Assembly (NCBI GenBank): GCA_963924565.1
Contig: CAWUQB010000044.1
Location: 1-64,000, forward strand
Direction: 5' to 3'
Length of the DNA stretch: 64,000 nt
Source: Ascidiella aspersa
Lineage: Eukaryota
Shown here: positions 20,695 to 32,631 of the stretch, one piece after another
Layout of the letters: each line of letters opens with the position of its first letter
Numbering within the stretch: position 1 is the first letter of the stretch
Translations under genes and position numbers: made by a program
The notes under the pieces: generated by a model
Database searches by the model: none
Seen by the model: only the letters and a program-made list of their open reading frames with translations
Told to the model about the DNA's origin: nothing

Positions 20695-21977
20695 GCTGAA
20701 TTCAAGTAACAAGCGCATAACCCATAAGTTTTCTAGCATCCACTCCGGTTAGCTTTTGGAATGCCTCATAAGGTGTTTGGTAGCCAAGACACTTCCTTGG
20801 TCTGCTGTTTAGCTTATCTACCGCAATGACAACTTCACGCTCACTGAGATTATCAAGCCCCATCGACTTTGGAAAATATTGTCTGAGAAGACCATTGGCG
20901 TTCTCGTTTTGACCTCGTTCCCACGAGTGATATGGCGCAGCAAAATAGCTATTACAACCCAAAGATTTAGCCACCTGTTCATGCTCAACAAACTCTTTAC
21001 CATTGTCATATGGTATCGTTTTTACAAAAAATTTTAAGGGGGTAAGCGCTTTGATCATTGCCTTCCTCACGCCTTCTGCTTTTTTCCCTGACAACGGTAA
21101 AGCAAGCCGAAGTTTTGTCTTGCGCTCATCCATTGTAGCAATGGCTCCCTTGTGATTTTTACCGATGATGGTATCGGCTTCCCAGTCACCACTCGCTTTC
21201 GTTTATTGACGATTGCCGGGCGTTGCTCAATACCTATCCGATTAGGAATGTCTGTCCGGTTATGGGCTGACCCATAACGCTTACGGTACTTCTTACCTTG
21301 GTGACGCAAATGCTTATACAGCATTCCTCCCACCTGTTTGTCTGCCAGTATGAGCTGATAAACCGTTTCGTGATGAAGCTTTACAATACCTTCTCGATCA
21401 AGCCTGCCAGCTACCTGTTCTGGGCTATAGTCGTTTTTTATAAGTAGTTGGTCATATGGAATCGAATATTCTGGCTTTTTGATCAGGTGCTATGCAAGGC
21501 GCAGCGTAGGGCGCATAGCCGTAGCTATGCTACCGGAGCTGTAACGAAGCAGAGTGCCTGAGCAAGGAGTCAGAATATTCGATTTCATGTGGTTAGCTAC
21601 TTATCGCGCTCAATTCGTTGCTTGATATCATCCGTGAGCTTACTTGCTTTTGGTTTGTCCTTATGGCGCTGTCGAGCCTTTCGATGAGCCTGTTTATGAC
21701 GATACCCTCGTTGCCCTGTATTCCTATTCAACTCACGGGAAAGTGAGCTTTGCGAGCGTCCCAGATCTTTAGCAATCTGGTTTTGTCATGCCCCCTGCTT
21801 TGTTTGGATCTCAAAATAATGTCTTTCTTCAAAACTCAGTTGTGTGTATGCCATCAGCGATTTCCTCTGTTTATTGTTTTATCGCTTTGTACTGAGTACA
21901 CATGAGCCTTAATTGACTTAGGGTGTATTCAGCTAAGGCGAGAAGCAGAGGTTATGCACTTATGATACGAATTCAGC
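20695..21977 (-). mobile_element. IS30-family element, frameshifted, with a MITE inside
   Basis: TIRs GCTGAATTC; CAT duplication; IS30 DDE motifs in fragments 20702-21133 and 21067-21333. Confidence 0.88.
21441..21603 (+). mobile_element. MITE-A copy inside the IS30 transposase
   Basis: TAAGTAGTTGG...GTTAGCTACTTA. Confidence 0.9.
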
Positions 21978-22004
21978 CATGAATAAAAAGCTCTTTACGC
22001 TATA

Positions 22005-22155
22005 TAAGTAGCTAACCACATGAAATCGAATATTCTGACTTCTTGCTCAGGCAACAGCTCCGGTAACATAGCTACGGCTATACGCCCTACACTGTGCCTT
22101 GCATAGCACCTGATCAAAAAGCCAGAATATTCGATTCCATATGATCAACTACTTA
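22005..22155 (-). mobile_element. MITE-A copy with a short internal deletion
   Basis: TAAGTAGCTAACC...GATCAACTACTTA. Confidence 0.88.
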
Positions 22156-23889
22156 GTGCCTGTCCGAAAACTCTCAAGCACTTGAAAACAATAGCCTGTA
22201 GCCCCATATAATACTCGAATATTTTTCAAAACAGGCTGTTTTCCAAATTTTATGCGCCAGACCATCAATCCACAAATGCAGTTAGGCGAGGTTGACATCT
22301 CCGCCATCACGTTCAATCTCCGATCAAGGGATGACATTCCCCGCCTGCTCTTGGCCTTGCAGTATATCTGGACAAATCTGGAACTCAGAGAGCAGGTTTT
22401 TCAAGCACTTGAGGCGATGATTTCTACTGACCGCAATAATGGTCGACCCGGTATGGATCTCTGGAAGGTGTTGGTTTTTGGCACCCTTCGACTGGTCATT
22501 AACTGCGACTATGACCGACTGCTTGAATTGGCTAACGAACATGGCTCCCTACGCAAAATGCTGGGTCACGGACCTTATTGTGAGCATCAGTACAAACTGC
22601 AAACCTTGCAGGACAACATTGCCCTGTTTACACCGGAAATACTCGATCAAATTAACCAGATTGTCGTCAATGCCGGTCATCTGCTGGTAAAAAAAAAGAA
22701 GAGTCGATATACGCCCGCGCCGATTCCTTCGTCGTAAAAACCAATGCCCACTTCCCGACGGATATTAACCTGCTCAGGGATGCGGTTCGCAAGATGATAG
22801 AATGGGCCACCACACTCTCCTGTGAACAGCCGGAAAGCCTATGGCGGCAGAGCCGCTATTTGCAGGAACAGCACAAAAAACGATTTCATAAGGCACGTAA
22901 CCTCAAGCGGTCAACATCGACCAACGAAACGCTCCGGGAGGCTCGGCAGAGTGACATCGAAGCAACCCATGGGGATTACGTGAGATACAGCCAACAGCTG
23001 ACCCGAAAAGCTGAAAAAAGCTTGAAACTCCTGAAAATGCGGACTCCAGGGGATGGGCGACTAAAAGAACTGGAGCGCTGGATAAAGGATGCAGACTACC
23101 AGTGTCAGCTGATTATCCGTCGTGTACTGAATCATGAACTCATCCCTCATAATGAGAAAATCTTCTCATTATTTGAGCGCCATACCGAATGGATCAGTAA
23201 AGGTAAGGCGGGTGTGCCGGTAGAGCTTGGCCTCAGGGTTTGTGTCTTGCAGGATCAGTTTGGTTTTACCCTGCATCACCTGGTCATGGAAAAGCAGACC
23301 GACGACCAGGTAACGGTAACAATTGCTGAAGGAGCCAAGCAGCGATTTCCTGAAATATCCCAGGTCAGTTATGACCGGGGTTTCTGGTCACCAGAAAACC
23401 TTAAAAAGCTGGAAGTCTTTCTTGACCGGGCGGTATTGCCCAAAAAAGGCAGATGGTCAGAACAGGACCGAAGTCGTGAACGACACCCTGAGTTTATCAG
23501 AGCAAAAAGGAAGCATTCAGCGGTAGAGTCTGATATCAATGCGCTGGAACAGCACGGGCTGGATCGATGCCCGGACACTGGCATTGACGGTTACCGACGG
23601 TACGTAGCGCTGGCTGTTTTGGGAACCAATCTGCACCGGCTGGGTTCTTTGCTGCAAAAGAAAACGAGTCAGGCAGTCCAAAAAGCAGCCTGAAAGAAAA
23701 AACGCATTGGATAAACGTTCGTCACCTTCAGGTGAGGATGGCGGGCACCGAAAAAACGTAAAACTGATCATAAAATAGTCGCAAAGGGGCAGGAAATGGA
23801 GCGACCACAATGAACAGGTTGTATTTTATTCAAAAAAATCGAGCTAATGCTTGCTGAGGCGGATTATCTTCAGGTTTTCGGACAGGCAC
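22156..23889 (+). mobile_element. ISNCY/IS5-like element; transposase split into 22252-22737 and 22794-23693 at an A9 run
   Basis: TIRs GTGCCTGTCCGAAAAC; TACTTA flanks both sides; GRPGM, ISKGKAG..VELG, DRGF and HSAVES motifs. Confidence 0.85.
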
Positions 23890-23910
23890 TACTTAAAAAA
23901 AAATACTTCT

Positions 23911-24662
23911 TAAGTAGGTGATAGTTTGCTTTCGGATAAACTGACTGATCGATTAGCCCGAATTAGCGAAAGAGATCATGTATTCCTCCCCAAATGAGGA
24001 AAAAACTCGTTCAATTTCTTTTTCAAATTCCGCGAAGCTCTTGATTGACAAGAGATCGAGCCATTCATACTTTACTTTCCTCCATAGGATTTCAATCAGA
24101 TTGAGCTCAGGTGAATAGGTTGGAAGAAAGCAGACTAGTAACTTCTTCTCAAGCATCCAGTCAACGATTCTGGCGCGAAACTTTTTACTGGTATGAATAC
24201 TGGCATTGTCCACCATAACCACGGTGTAGCGGTCATTTGAGCTGTACTTTTCATCCACCATTTGCTCTGTAAAGTTGTCAAAGGCTGCAATCACAGTGTC
24301 ACTATTTACAGAGCCCACAACCGAGTAATGAAACAGCTCACAGGAACGATTCATAAAGCCCAATACGTTGATTCGCTTACTTTTGACGGATGGGATTCGG
24401 AGTTGCTTTCCTTTTTCCTGCCAGCCGTATGGCACACAAGGTTCCTGACTAAATCCGGACTCATCAAAATAAAACAAATTGATTAAACCTTTGCGTTCAG
24501 CTTCCTGGGCGTCTTCCAGTGCTGTTTTACAGCAATGGAATTGCTCTTCGTCCCGTTTATGCTTGCATGATTTACGGAGTCTTTTGTAAACCAGACCTAA
24601 CTTTTTTACGATGTTTTCCAGAGTAAATCTGGATGATAATTTACCTGTCTCCTTCTCAATTT
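23911..24662 (-). mobile_element. IS630-family element, 3' half
   Basis: FDESGF, DNASIH, LPTYSPELNLIE; TIR TAAGTAGGTGATAG; cut by an IS66 end. Confidence 0.9.
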
Positions 24663-25024
24663 GTAACTGTTCAGCACCCCCATATAATTCTGGCATTTTT
24701 CAATTTTTATACCATCTTCTTAAACACTGTTCCTCTGATGTAAAACCGGCATGGATCACAAGCTCCCGAAAATTCCATCGAATAATGCTCTCTTAAAAGA
24801 GAACACCAAGCTTCATAAAGAAATTTCAGAGCTGCGGATGAAAGTTGCCTGCTTGACTGAGCGTTGTCGTAACCTGGAAGAAATGGCCAATAAAAACAGT
24901 CAGAACAGCAGTAAGCCACCTTCGTCTGATGGTTATCAAAAATCCTCCAAGAACAGTAACTGTGAAAATGAATCTCCCGTTGATGAAAATTCTGATTCAT
25001 CAACCGACACACCTAACCCTAAAA
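24663..25024 (+). pseudogene. IS66-family left end and transposase N-terminal fragment
   Basis: GTAACTGTTCAGC end; coiled coil followed by the NSQNSSKPPSSD motif. Confidence 0.75.
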
Positions 25025-26082
25025 GTCTAATCCCGCTCGAAAAAGCGTCTGAGCTCTTCTACCGTGAGTTTTAACCTTGATGGGATTCTCTTCATTAATA
25101 TACTCGCCCGTTTTGTAGCACCAGCAAAACGCTAATGCCAATATAGCCAGCAGCTTTGACAGCTTCTTGCGGTCTTTGAGGTGTGTTTCTTCCATGCTAA
25201 AACCACGCCCTTTCAAGGCTTGAAACATTGACTCTATCTGCCACCGCTGAAGATACTCTTCAATAGCCGTTGCAGGTTCGGCGTTACAAATAACCACCAT
25301 AATTTCATCACCCGCTTTTGCAGCAGCAAGGTAAACCGTTTGCCCCCAGACTTTTCTGGGTTTCTGTATCGCCATTTTTTCGCCAACGGCAAGAGAAAAA
25401 ATTCTCCGGACAGGCAATAGTCTGTTCCGGTGCTTGTTAGGCACCTGCGTGTTGTTGGCGACCCTCAAACAAAATGGCCAGTTATGTTGGACAAGATATT
25501 TTAGCCACTCTTTTCCTTTGAACTCCCTGTCGGCAAGTAAGCGCTTCACTGGCTGTTCCGGGAAAATCTTTTGGAACGTCTTCATAAGGTCGATGCGTTC
25601 TGTCGTATTTGAGTTGCCTTTTTTGTCAAGTAGAACCCAGAGCACTGGAATAGCCATCCCCTTATAGTTAATGGCAAGGTATAGAATGTTGATCTTGAAG
25701 ATGCCAAACATCCAGTTTGTGCGATCCATGCTCAGCGTCCACGCTTCTGGCGGTGCAAATAGATGAGCGATGAGAAAGGCTATAGTATTCTGGTCAAAGG
25801 GTACTTCCCGAAAGAACCGCTGAACCCTCCGATAGCATGAAGTACTTTGGGTAGTTGTCGGGAAGGTATTGATTAACTCTGTCCAATTCACAGTGCGTTG
25901 CTTGACGATAGCAATGATAAGCATTGCCAATAGATCAAGTCGAGGCTTGTTCCATTTGAGAAATGGCTTAAACTGTTGTTCGAGTGAGCTGACTGGGTTC
26001 ATAGCATTCTGAAATGATGGTTGTGTCACTACATTTCATAGCTTAGATTTGGTTAGCTCGCTTTTTTTTGTCGTGTACAGAG
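25025..26082 (-). mobile_element. ISAba1-like IS4 element, 3'-truncated (ORF 25019-26029)
   Basis: Near-identical to the 11835 copy; TIR ends at 26082. Confidence 0.9.
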
Positions 26083-27508
26083 CCTCAATCATCTCAATGC
26101 TATCAAGCATATTTTTGAATCTGTCCACATTAGTTGTAGTGGTTGCTTTAGTTGTAGTGGTTGCTTTAGTTGTAGTGGTTGCTTTAGTTGTAGTGGTTGC
26201 TTTAGTTGTAGTGGTTGCTTTAGTTGTAGTGGTTGCTTTAGTTGTAGTGGTTGCTTTAGTTGTAGTGGTTGCTTTAGTTGTAGTGGTTGCTTTAGTTGTA
26301 GTGGTTGCTTTAGTTGTAGTGGTTGCTTTAGTTGTAGTGGTTGCTTTAGGTGTAGGGGATGTGGTGGGGCGTTTGGTTGGTTTATGTATATTGGTGCGTC
26401 GTTTAGTTGTAGTGATTGCTTTAGCTGTAGTGGTGGTAGCTGGGTTGCCCATATCAGGCTCTTTTGGCACAAAATTGCCTTCCGAATTATAACTTCCATC
26501 TAGTATAATAGTTGAATTTGAATCAGTTGCATTCCAGCCCATAGAGATGCCGCTCGTTACATTCGCCGAAGCGCCAGTTATGTTTCTTTGCGATAGAGCC
26601 GAGGCACCTGCTCCAGCGATTGCTAAGCCTCCATAAACACTTCCAGCGGTGATACTACCAACTGCAATAACAATAGCAGTAACGGTTAAAATGGGGTGTC
26701 TCTTTATTGCCTTAAGACATCTGCCGCCAAAAGCTGGCTGATTTTTTTCGATATCGTTACTCGCGTCTTTTGTTGTTTCTTGCTGTTGACAGGTCTTTAC
26801 GACCTTATAATATTGATTGCATTCGGAGGCCATTTTTACGTTCACGTCGTCAAGAAGTGTCTCCTGATATTGGTTTTTTGACACTGGCTGTGTCGCGACT
26901 TTAATCTCAAAACTATCGGGAATGTTTTTTAAAGTGCTGCTAGAAACAAAGAGATTGTTCACTGTAATATTCAAGTGATCTTCAGTACTGAGTTTTGAAA
27001 TGTACGGTATCTTTCTGGATAGGGAGGGTTCTAGAAATATAATGTCTTCTATTTCTACTTCCCCTGCAGCGATAATCAGGCTGCCTCCTACAAAGTCCGG
27101 TGCTGCCTGAATTAGGGGGAACTCCTCTCCTGCAAAGTCCTGTTCTGCCTGAATTAGGGAGAAGTTGTATGATGTTACATCAGGCTCAGGGTCTAATAAT
27201 TTTATGGTTGCGCTCTCATCTGCGCTCAGGGAATGATTAGAGCGTTTACACGGCTTAAGTTTCGAGTTCCGTATGGGCTCCCTCGTATTATCATTACGGC
27301 CCCGAAGCGTTGAGTTGATGAGTTGGAGGGGCCGTTGCAGGATAAGCGTTTCCGTCACGAATAAAGTAGCGTTGTTATAGACGTAGAATCCATACGAAAG
27401 GATTTTATTGTTCAGTTCGACGATCATTTTATCATCGCCAGAGAGTGCGGGCCTGATCATCATTAAGAAGAGGCAAATGAGTAAACATGTTTTTTTGAAA
27501 AATTTCAT
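26083..27508 (-). pseudogene. Secreted/membrane mucin-like Thr-rich protein, copy 1, C-terminally truncated by an IS
   Basis: Signal peptide MKFFKKTCLLICLFLMMIRPALS; internal TM segment; (KATTTT)x12; the last ORF residues come from the IS end. Confidence 0.8.
26132..26347 (-). repeat. 18-bp tandem repeat x12 encoding KATTTT
   Basis: (AGTTGTAGTGGTTGCTTT)12 on the + strand. Confidence 0.95.
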
Positions 27509-27553
27509 TTCGAATAAATATTTGTTAAGTTGTGGAGTCAATGAAAATAAAAA

Positions 27554-27716
27554 TAAGTAGTTGATCATATCGAATCGAATATTCTGTCTTTTTGATCAGG
27601 TACTATGCAAGGCACAGTGTAGGGCGCACAGCCGTAGCTATGTTACCGGAGCTGTAACGCAGTAGAGTGCCTGAAAAAGAAGTCAGAATATTCGATTTCA
27701 TGTGGTTAGCTACTTA
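27554..27716 (+). mobile_element. MITE-A copy, followed by an IS630 end remnant to 27853
   Basis: TAAGTAGTTGATCAT...GTTAGCTACTTA; GAAAGCAAACTATCACCTACTTA at 27831-27853. Confidence 0.9.
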
Positions 27717-27899
27717 ATGCTAACCACTATCCAGTTTTTAAGAAGTTGCAATCATGTGTCTATACCTTGGTATCAAAGGTGATGATAGGTTTGCTAAGCA
27801 AAGTAAAGCGTATGTACGGTTAATTTATACGAAAGCAAACTATCACCTACTTAGTCTAATTAGTTGAAATTAAAATTTTTTTGTTGTTTTTATTTGTAG

Positions 27900-28062
27900 T
27901 AAGTAGTTGATCATATGGAATCGAATATTCTGGCTTTTTGATCAGGTGCCATGCAAGGCGCAGCGTAGGGCGCATAGCCGTAGCTATGTTACCGGAGCTG
28001 TAACGAAGTATAGTGCCTGAGCAAGAAGTCAGAATATTCGATTTCATGTGGTTAGCTACTTA
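27900..28062 (+). mobile_element. MITE-A copy; provides the stop codon of the 28056-29243 ORF
   Basis: TAAGTAGTTGATCAT...GTTAGCTACTTA. Confidence 0.9.
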
Positions 28063-29213
28063 GAGAAAGATACTCTTGAAAAAGATTGATCTCGGCTGCT
28101 TTTGGAATACATATCAGTAACGGAAAGATGCTGAAAGCCCTCCTCACTTTTTACAAAACACAAATCAGGGTAGATATCTTCTAATCCAGAACAACTCCCA
28201 TAAACTGCTAAACCGTTTCTAACTTTGTCGGAATACACATTTATTTTATGGCCTACGGGAATATATCCACCCATGGGAAAACGCTCAAAGCCCTTCTTAC
28301 CTTGCACAAACAACAAATCAGGGTAGACATTTTCTAATCCAGAACGACTCCCATAAACTGTGAAACAGCCTTCGCTTTTGGAATCGATATTTATGAAATG
28401 GCTTGCGGGAATGTATTCACTAACGGGAAAACGCTCAAAGCCCTTCTCACCTTTCACAAACAACAAATCAGGGTAGACATTTTCTAATCCAGAACAACTC
28501 CCATAAACTGTGAAACAGCCTTCGCTTTTGGAATCGATATTTATGAAATGGCTTGCGGGAATGTATTCACGAACGGAAAAACGCTGAAAGCCCTCCTCAC
28601 CTTTCACAAAAAACAAATCAGGGTAGACATTTTCTAATCCAGCAGAAACACCAATAGCAGGAACACCAAAAACCATGAAACCGCCTTCGCTTTTGGAACC
28701 GATAACCATGCTATAGCCATCGGGAATGTATTCACGAACGGAAAAATGCTTAAAGCCCTCCTTACCTTTAACAAACAACAAACCAGGGCTCAAACCAGGG
28801 TTAGGGTAGCCACTCCGATCAAAGCTGAAACAGCCTTCGTTTCTGGAATGCATAAATATTTGACCGTCTCCGGGAAGGAGATCTTCTATCGCCTTTCTCA
28901 AAATATGGGTACGAATATCGACAGTAGATATTAATTTTTTTACGACTATATTCCTTGATGCCATATCATACGCTGGCTTTGATTCTATTTCATACGTTTT
29001 CTTTGTGATGATAACCTCTTGACTGTCATCAAATTCAACATCGAATTCATATTCAATTTCACTAGAGAAAGATACTCTTGAAAAAAATAAAAAATTGGCA
29101 ATTAAAAAAAGCAGCATTATGCTGATCTTCATTGGTTTCATTGACCTCATTGACCTCATTGACTTCATTGACTTCATTGACTTCATTGACTTCATTGACT
29201 TCATTGACTTCAC
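28056..29213 (-). CDS. Putative secreted protein with ~5 internal 50-aa repeats and an (MKS)n leader; probably truncated
   Basis: Signal peptide MKISIMLLFLIANFLFFSRVSFS; 150-bp period (28321, 28471, 28621); exact start uncertain. Confidence 0.7.
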   Translation of the reverse strand: MKSMKSMKSMKSMKSMKSMRSMRSMKPMKISIMLLFLIANFLFFSRVSFSSEIEYEFDVEFDDSQEVIITKKTYEIESKPAYDMASRNIVVKKLISTVDIRTHILRKAIEDLLPGDGQIFMHSRNEGCFSFDRSGYPNPGLSPGLLFVKGKEGFKHFSVREYIPDGYSMVIGSKSEGGFMVFGVPAIGVSAGLENVYPDLFFVKGEEGFQRFSVREYIPASHFINIDSKSEGCFTVYGSCSGLENVYPDLLFVKGEKGFERFPVSEYIPASHFINIDSKSEGCFTVYGSRSGLENVYPDLLFVQGKKGFERFPMGGYIPVGHKINVYSDKVRNGLAVYGSCSGLEDIYPDLCFVKSEEGFQHLSVTDMYSKSSRDQSFSRVSFSK

Positions 29214-29266
29214 AAAGGGTAGAAGATTTATTTGGTAAATCAAAAAAAATCGCTGAATTCGTATGA

Positions 29267-29590
29267 TAAGTAGGTGATATGTCGTTTATGTATATTTTGA
29301 TCGTACGATCGGATAACTAAAGACAGAGGCTTTTTATCTATTATTAATCGATATTTTAACGTAATCGTATACACCATGAAGTATGTCTATATCACTAATG
29401 AATCTGTTGCATTAACTTTGAGCTACGCCAAGCATTACGGGCCACTGAGACGCATCAGAGAAAAATCTCATGGTCTTCTATTGAGTAATAGAAAATTTAC
29501 CCTTCAGCAAATTTCCAAAATCCTTGAGATTAAATACCAGACGATTTACCAATGGATTTATGATTGGGAAGACTATGGTATTCGTGCATT
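29267..29590 (+). pseudogene. IS630 element 5' fragment
   Basis: TIR TAAGTAGGTGATAT; MKYVYITNE HTH region; cut by IS1. Confidence 0.85.
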
Positions 29591-30430
29591 GGTGGTGGGT
29601 CAGATGTGTTGGTGAGCATAAAGGTCAATCCCAAATTCTACCTTATTAATCAGCAATCCTATGACAATATCGTGCATCTTTTCGAGCTTTGAAAAGCAGA
29701 TTGTCCTCCGTGCCAGCCGTTTGATCCACGTCCTAAAATTGAGGTTTTTGCGCTCTATTTTTTCTGTATTTCTCTTACCCACTTCATGCTTTTCGGGTTC
29801 CAGATTTCGCTCATAAGCACCCCAGTCGTCAGAATAAAAGCGGCTGATCCCAAAAGGTTCAAGTAATGCCTTGAGGCGCTGAAAGACCTCATCTTTCCGT
29901 CGGCCAAAAACATAGGCAAGTACGACACCGCTATCATGATCTATCGCCAGCCATAACCAGCGCTGATTGGATTTATCTTTGACGTAAGACCATTGCTCAT
30001 CAAGTTCTGCTATATCGCAGGCAGGCTGTACATGCACACTACTACTCTCATCTATACCAATAGTTTTGATATTAGGGTTCACGTGCTGGAGCAGACTCTC
30101 TTTACTTTTCAGGCTCTTGATAACCGTTGTTTTGCTGACATCAAGCACTCTGCTGGTGTCTCTTATACCCGCACTATTAATGGCCATTTTCACGATCTTT
30201 TCTTTTACCTGAAAGTCACACTCATGATAATGATACTCAAGCATAAAGGACTTAATGGGACAGTGCTTGTCGTTGCACAGGTAACGTTGGTTTCCTTTTC
30301 TCCCAAAACCATGCTTTGAGATATCAGTTTGGTTGCATTTCGGACACTTCACTTCAATAAGACACGTCATAAGACGTATATAAGGGCAATTAGCTATTTT
30401 TCACCCTTCCCACACATCTGACCCACGACC
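29591..30430 (-). mobile_element. IS1-family element with a single-ORF transposase (29600-30370)
   Basis: CPKC...QRYLC zinc ribbon, GIRDTSRVL HTH, ELDEQWSYV, SDDW, IERKN; TIRs GGTGGTGGGTCAGATGTG / CACATCTGACCCACGACC. Confidence 0.92.
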
Positions 30431-30432
30431 TA

Positions 30433-30506
30433 AATAACTCATGTTACGCACTCACCCATCATTCGACTCGTTTCGAGCGATGGGTGAGTGCGCAACATGA
30501 GTTATT
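30433..30506. repeat. 74-bp palindrome made of two IS701-like right ends
   Basis: AATAACTCATGTTACGCACTCACCCATC ... GATGGGTGAGTGCGCAACATGAGTTATT. Confidence 0.9.
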
Positions 30507-30548
30507 AAGTCACAAGGTAGGCCCTTCGGGCAACTTTTTGTCCCGAGC

Positions 30549-32525
30549 TTATTGAGAGGTTTTGTGTTGTTTCTGATGTTTTTTTAATAGGCTCTTCATT
30601 GTAAACCGCTTATCGCAACCCTCAATACCGCACAGGGTGCCGCCCACGCCATGCGCCTGCGCCTGATGGGATGCCTTATGGGATTTCTTCGTGAAACGCT
30701 GCTGGCACTCGCCTATCCCGCATAGCTCACCGCCCACGCCATGCACCTCCGCCTGATGGGATGCCTTCCCGGATTTATGCGTGAAACGCTGCTGGCACTC
30801 GCCTATCCCGCATAGCTCACCGCCCACGCCATGCGCCTGCGCCTGATGGGCTGCCAGATTGGATTTCTTCGTGAAACGCTGCTGGCACTCGCCTATCCCG
30901 CATAGCTCACCGCCCACGCCATGCACCTCCGCCTGATGGGAGGCCTTCTGGGATTTCTTCGTGAAACGCTGCTGGCACTCATCTATCCCGCATAGCTCAC
31001 CGCCCACGCCATGCACCTGCGCCTGATGGGAGGCCTTCTGGGATTTCTGTGTGAAACGCTGCTGGCACTCGCCTATCCCGCATAGCTCACCGCCCACGCC
31101 ATGCACCTGCGCCTGATGGCATGCCTTCTGGGATTTCTGCGTGAAACGCTGCTGGCACTCGCCTATCCCGCATAGCTCACCACCCATGCCATGGACCCGC
31201 GCCTGATGGCATGCCTTATGGGATTTCTTTGTGAAACGCTGCTGGCACTCGCCTATCCCGCATAACTCACCGCCCACGCCATGCATCTGCGCCTGATGGC
31301 ATGCCTTCTGGGATTTCTTCGTGAAACGCTGCTGGCACTCGCCTATCCCGCATAGCTCACCGCCCACGCCATGCACCTCTGCCTGATGGGATGTCTTCAG
31401 GGATTTCTTCGTGAAACGCTGCTGGCACTCGCCTATCCCGCATAGTTCACCGCCCACGCCATGCACCTGCGCCTGATGGGATGCCTTCCCGGATTTATGC
31501 GTGAAACGCTGCTGGCACTCGCCTATCCCGCATAGCTCACCGCCCACGCCATGCACCTGCGCCTGATGGCATACCTTCTGGGATTTCTGCGTGAAACGCT
31601 GCAGGCACTCGCCTATCCCGCATAGCTCACCGCCCACGCCATGCACCTGCGCCTGATGGGATGCCAGATTGGATTTCTTCGTGAAACGCTGCTGGCACTC
31701 GCCTATCCCGCATAGCTCACCGCCCACGCCATGCACCTGCGCCTGATGGGATGCCAGATTGGATTTCTGCGTGAAACGCTGCGGGCACTCGCCTATCCCG
31801 CATAGCTCACCGCCCACGCCATGCACCTCCGCCTGATGGGATTTTAATGCAGTAGCATTAAGGAAAAATCCACCACAATCATCGAAATTACAAAATAAAT
31901 AACCACATAAGTAGCAGTTTATGTGGTTATTCATTTTTTTTGAGCGTAAAGCTCTAATCACTCTCATCTTACCAGATTTATAATTATCTTCTGTTGTTAC
32001 ATATTTCCATTCTGTTTCAACAGGTGAGCATTTTTCGCTTTCTTCATCAAGTTTACTTAAATCAAAAGACAGCCGTGTTTTTTTACTCTTTAAAAAATTA
32101 TTGAGTATGGTGATACACACCCTTTGTAGGTATAAGTCATCATTCTCTATTGAGTCATAATCCATTATTAAAAAAAAACTGTTGAGAGTAGTTAAATGAT
32201 AATAATGAAAGATTTGGTATTCACGCTTACTTTTTTTCGATGCAGGATCTCCTCAACTGAGCTTTCAGCTTGTTGCAAACAATCGTATAATTTATCTAAA
32301 TCAAGGCCTAACTCTCCAAGATCAAGATCAAGATCAAGATCAAGATCAAGATCAAGATCAAGATCCAAGTTTTCTATTTCGTCATCGTCATTTCTGCTAT
32401 TTTCTTCGTGTAGCCGACATCCATTATAACTATTGAACTCTGCCTTTCTTTTTGCAGCTTCACTGCCGAAGGAAAGGACTATTGATAATAAAAATATGAA
32501 AAATAGTGATAACCGTAAAATGACA
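30549..32525 (-). pseudogene. Poly-C2H2 zinc-finger protein, copy 2 (15 fingers; 1-nt deletion near 32250 separates leader from array; open frame 30549-32165)
   Basis: 13 core 90-bp units; GGATCTCCTCAAC versus GGATCTCCCTCAAC in copies 1 and 3. Confidence 0.82.
32317..32364. repeat. (CAAGAT)x8 microsatellite encoding an Asp-Leu run in the ZnF copy 2 leader
   Basis: Counted directly; only 1-3 imperfect units in copies 1 and 3. Confidence 0.9.
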
Positions 32526-32631
32526 TATAAGGATACGAATAGTTATAAAAAAACAACCAAGTATCCTTCCTCCACTTAAAAATAAACAATCAGGACTTGT
32601 TTTATTCACACACCTTCCAAGCTAAAGCTTC

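Noticed and set aside
26049-26499. (LVVVVA)n and (LKQPLQ)n ORFs, and equivalents at 34359-34814
   Set aside because: Alternative frames or antisense of the KATTTT repeat
32196-32429. RS-repeat (SR-protein-like) ORF
   Set aside because: Antisense reading of the (CAAGAT)8 microsatellite in the ZnF leader
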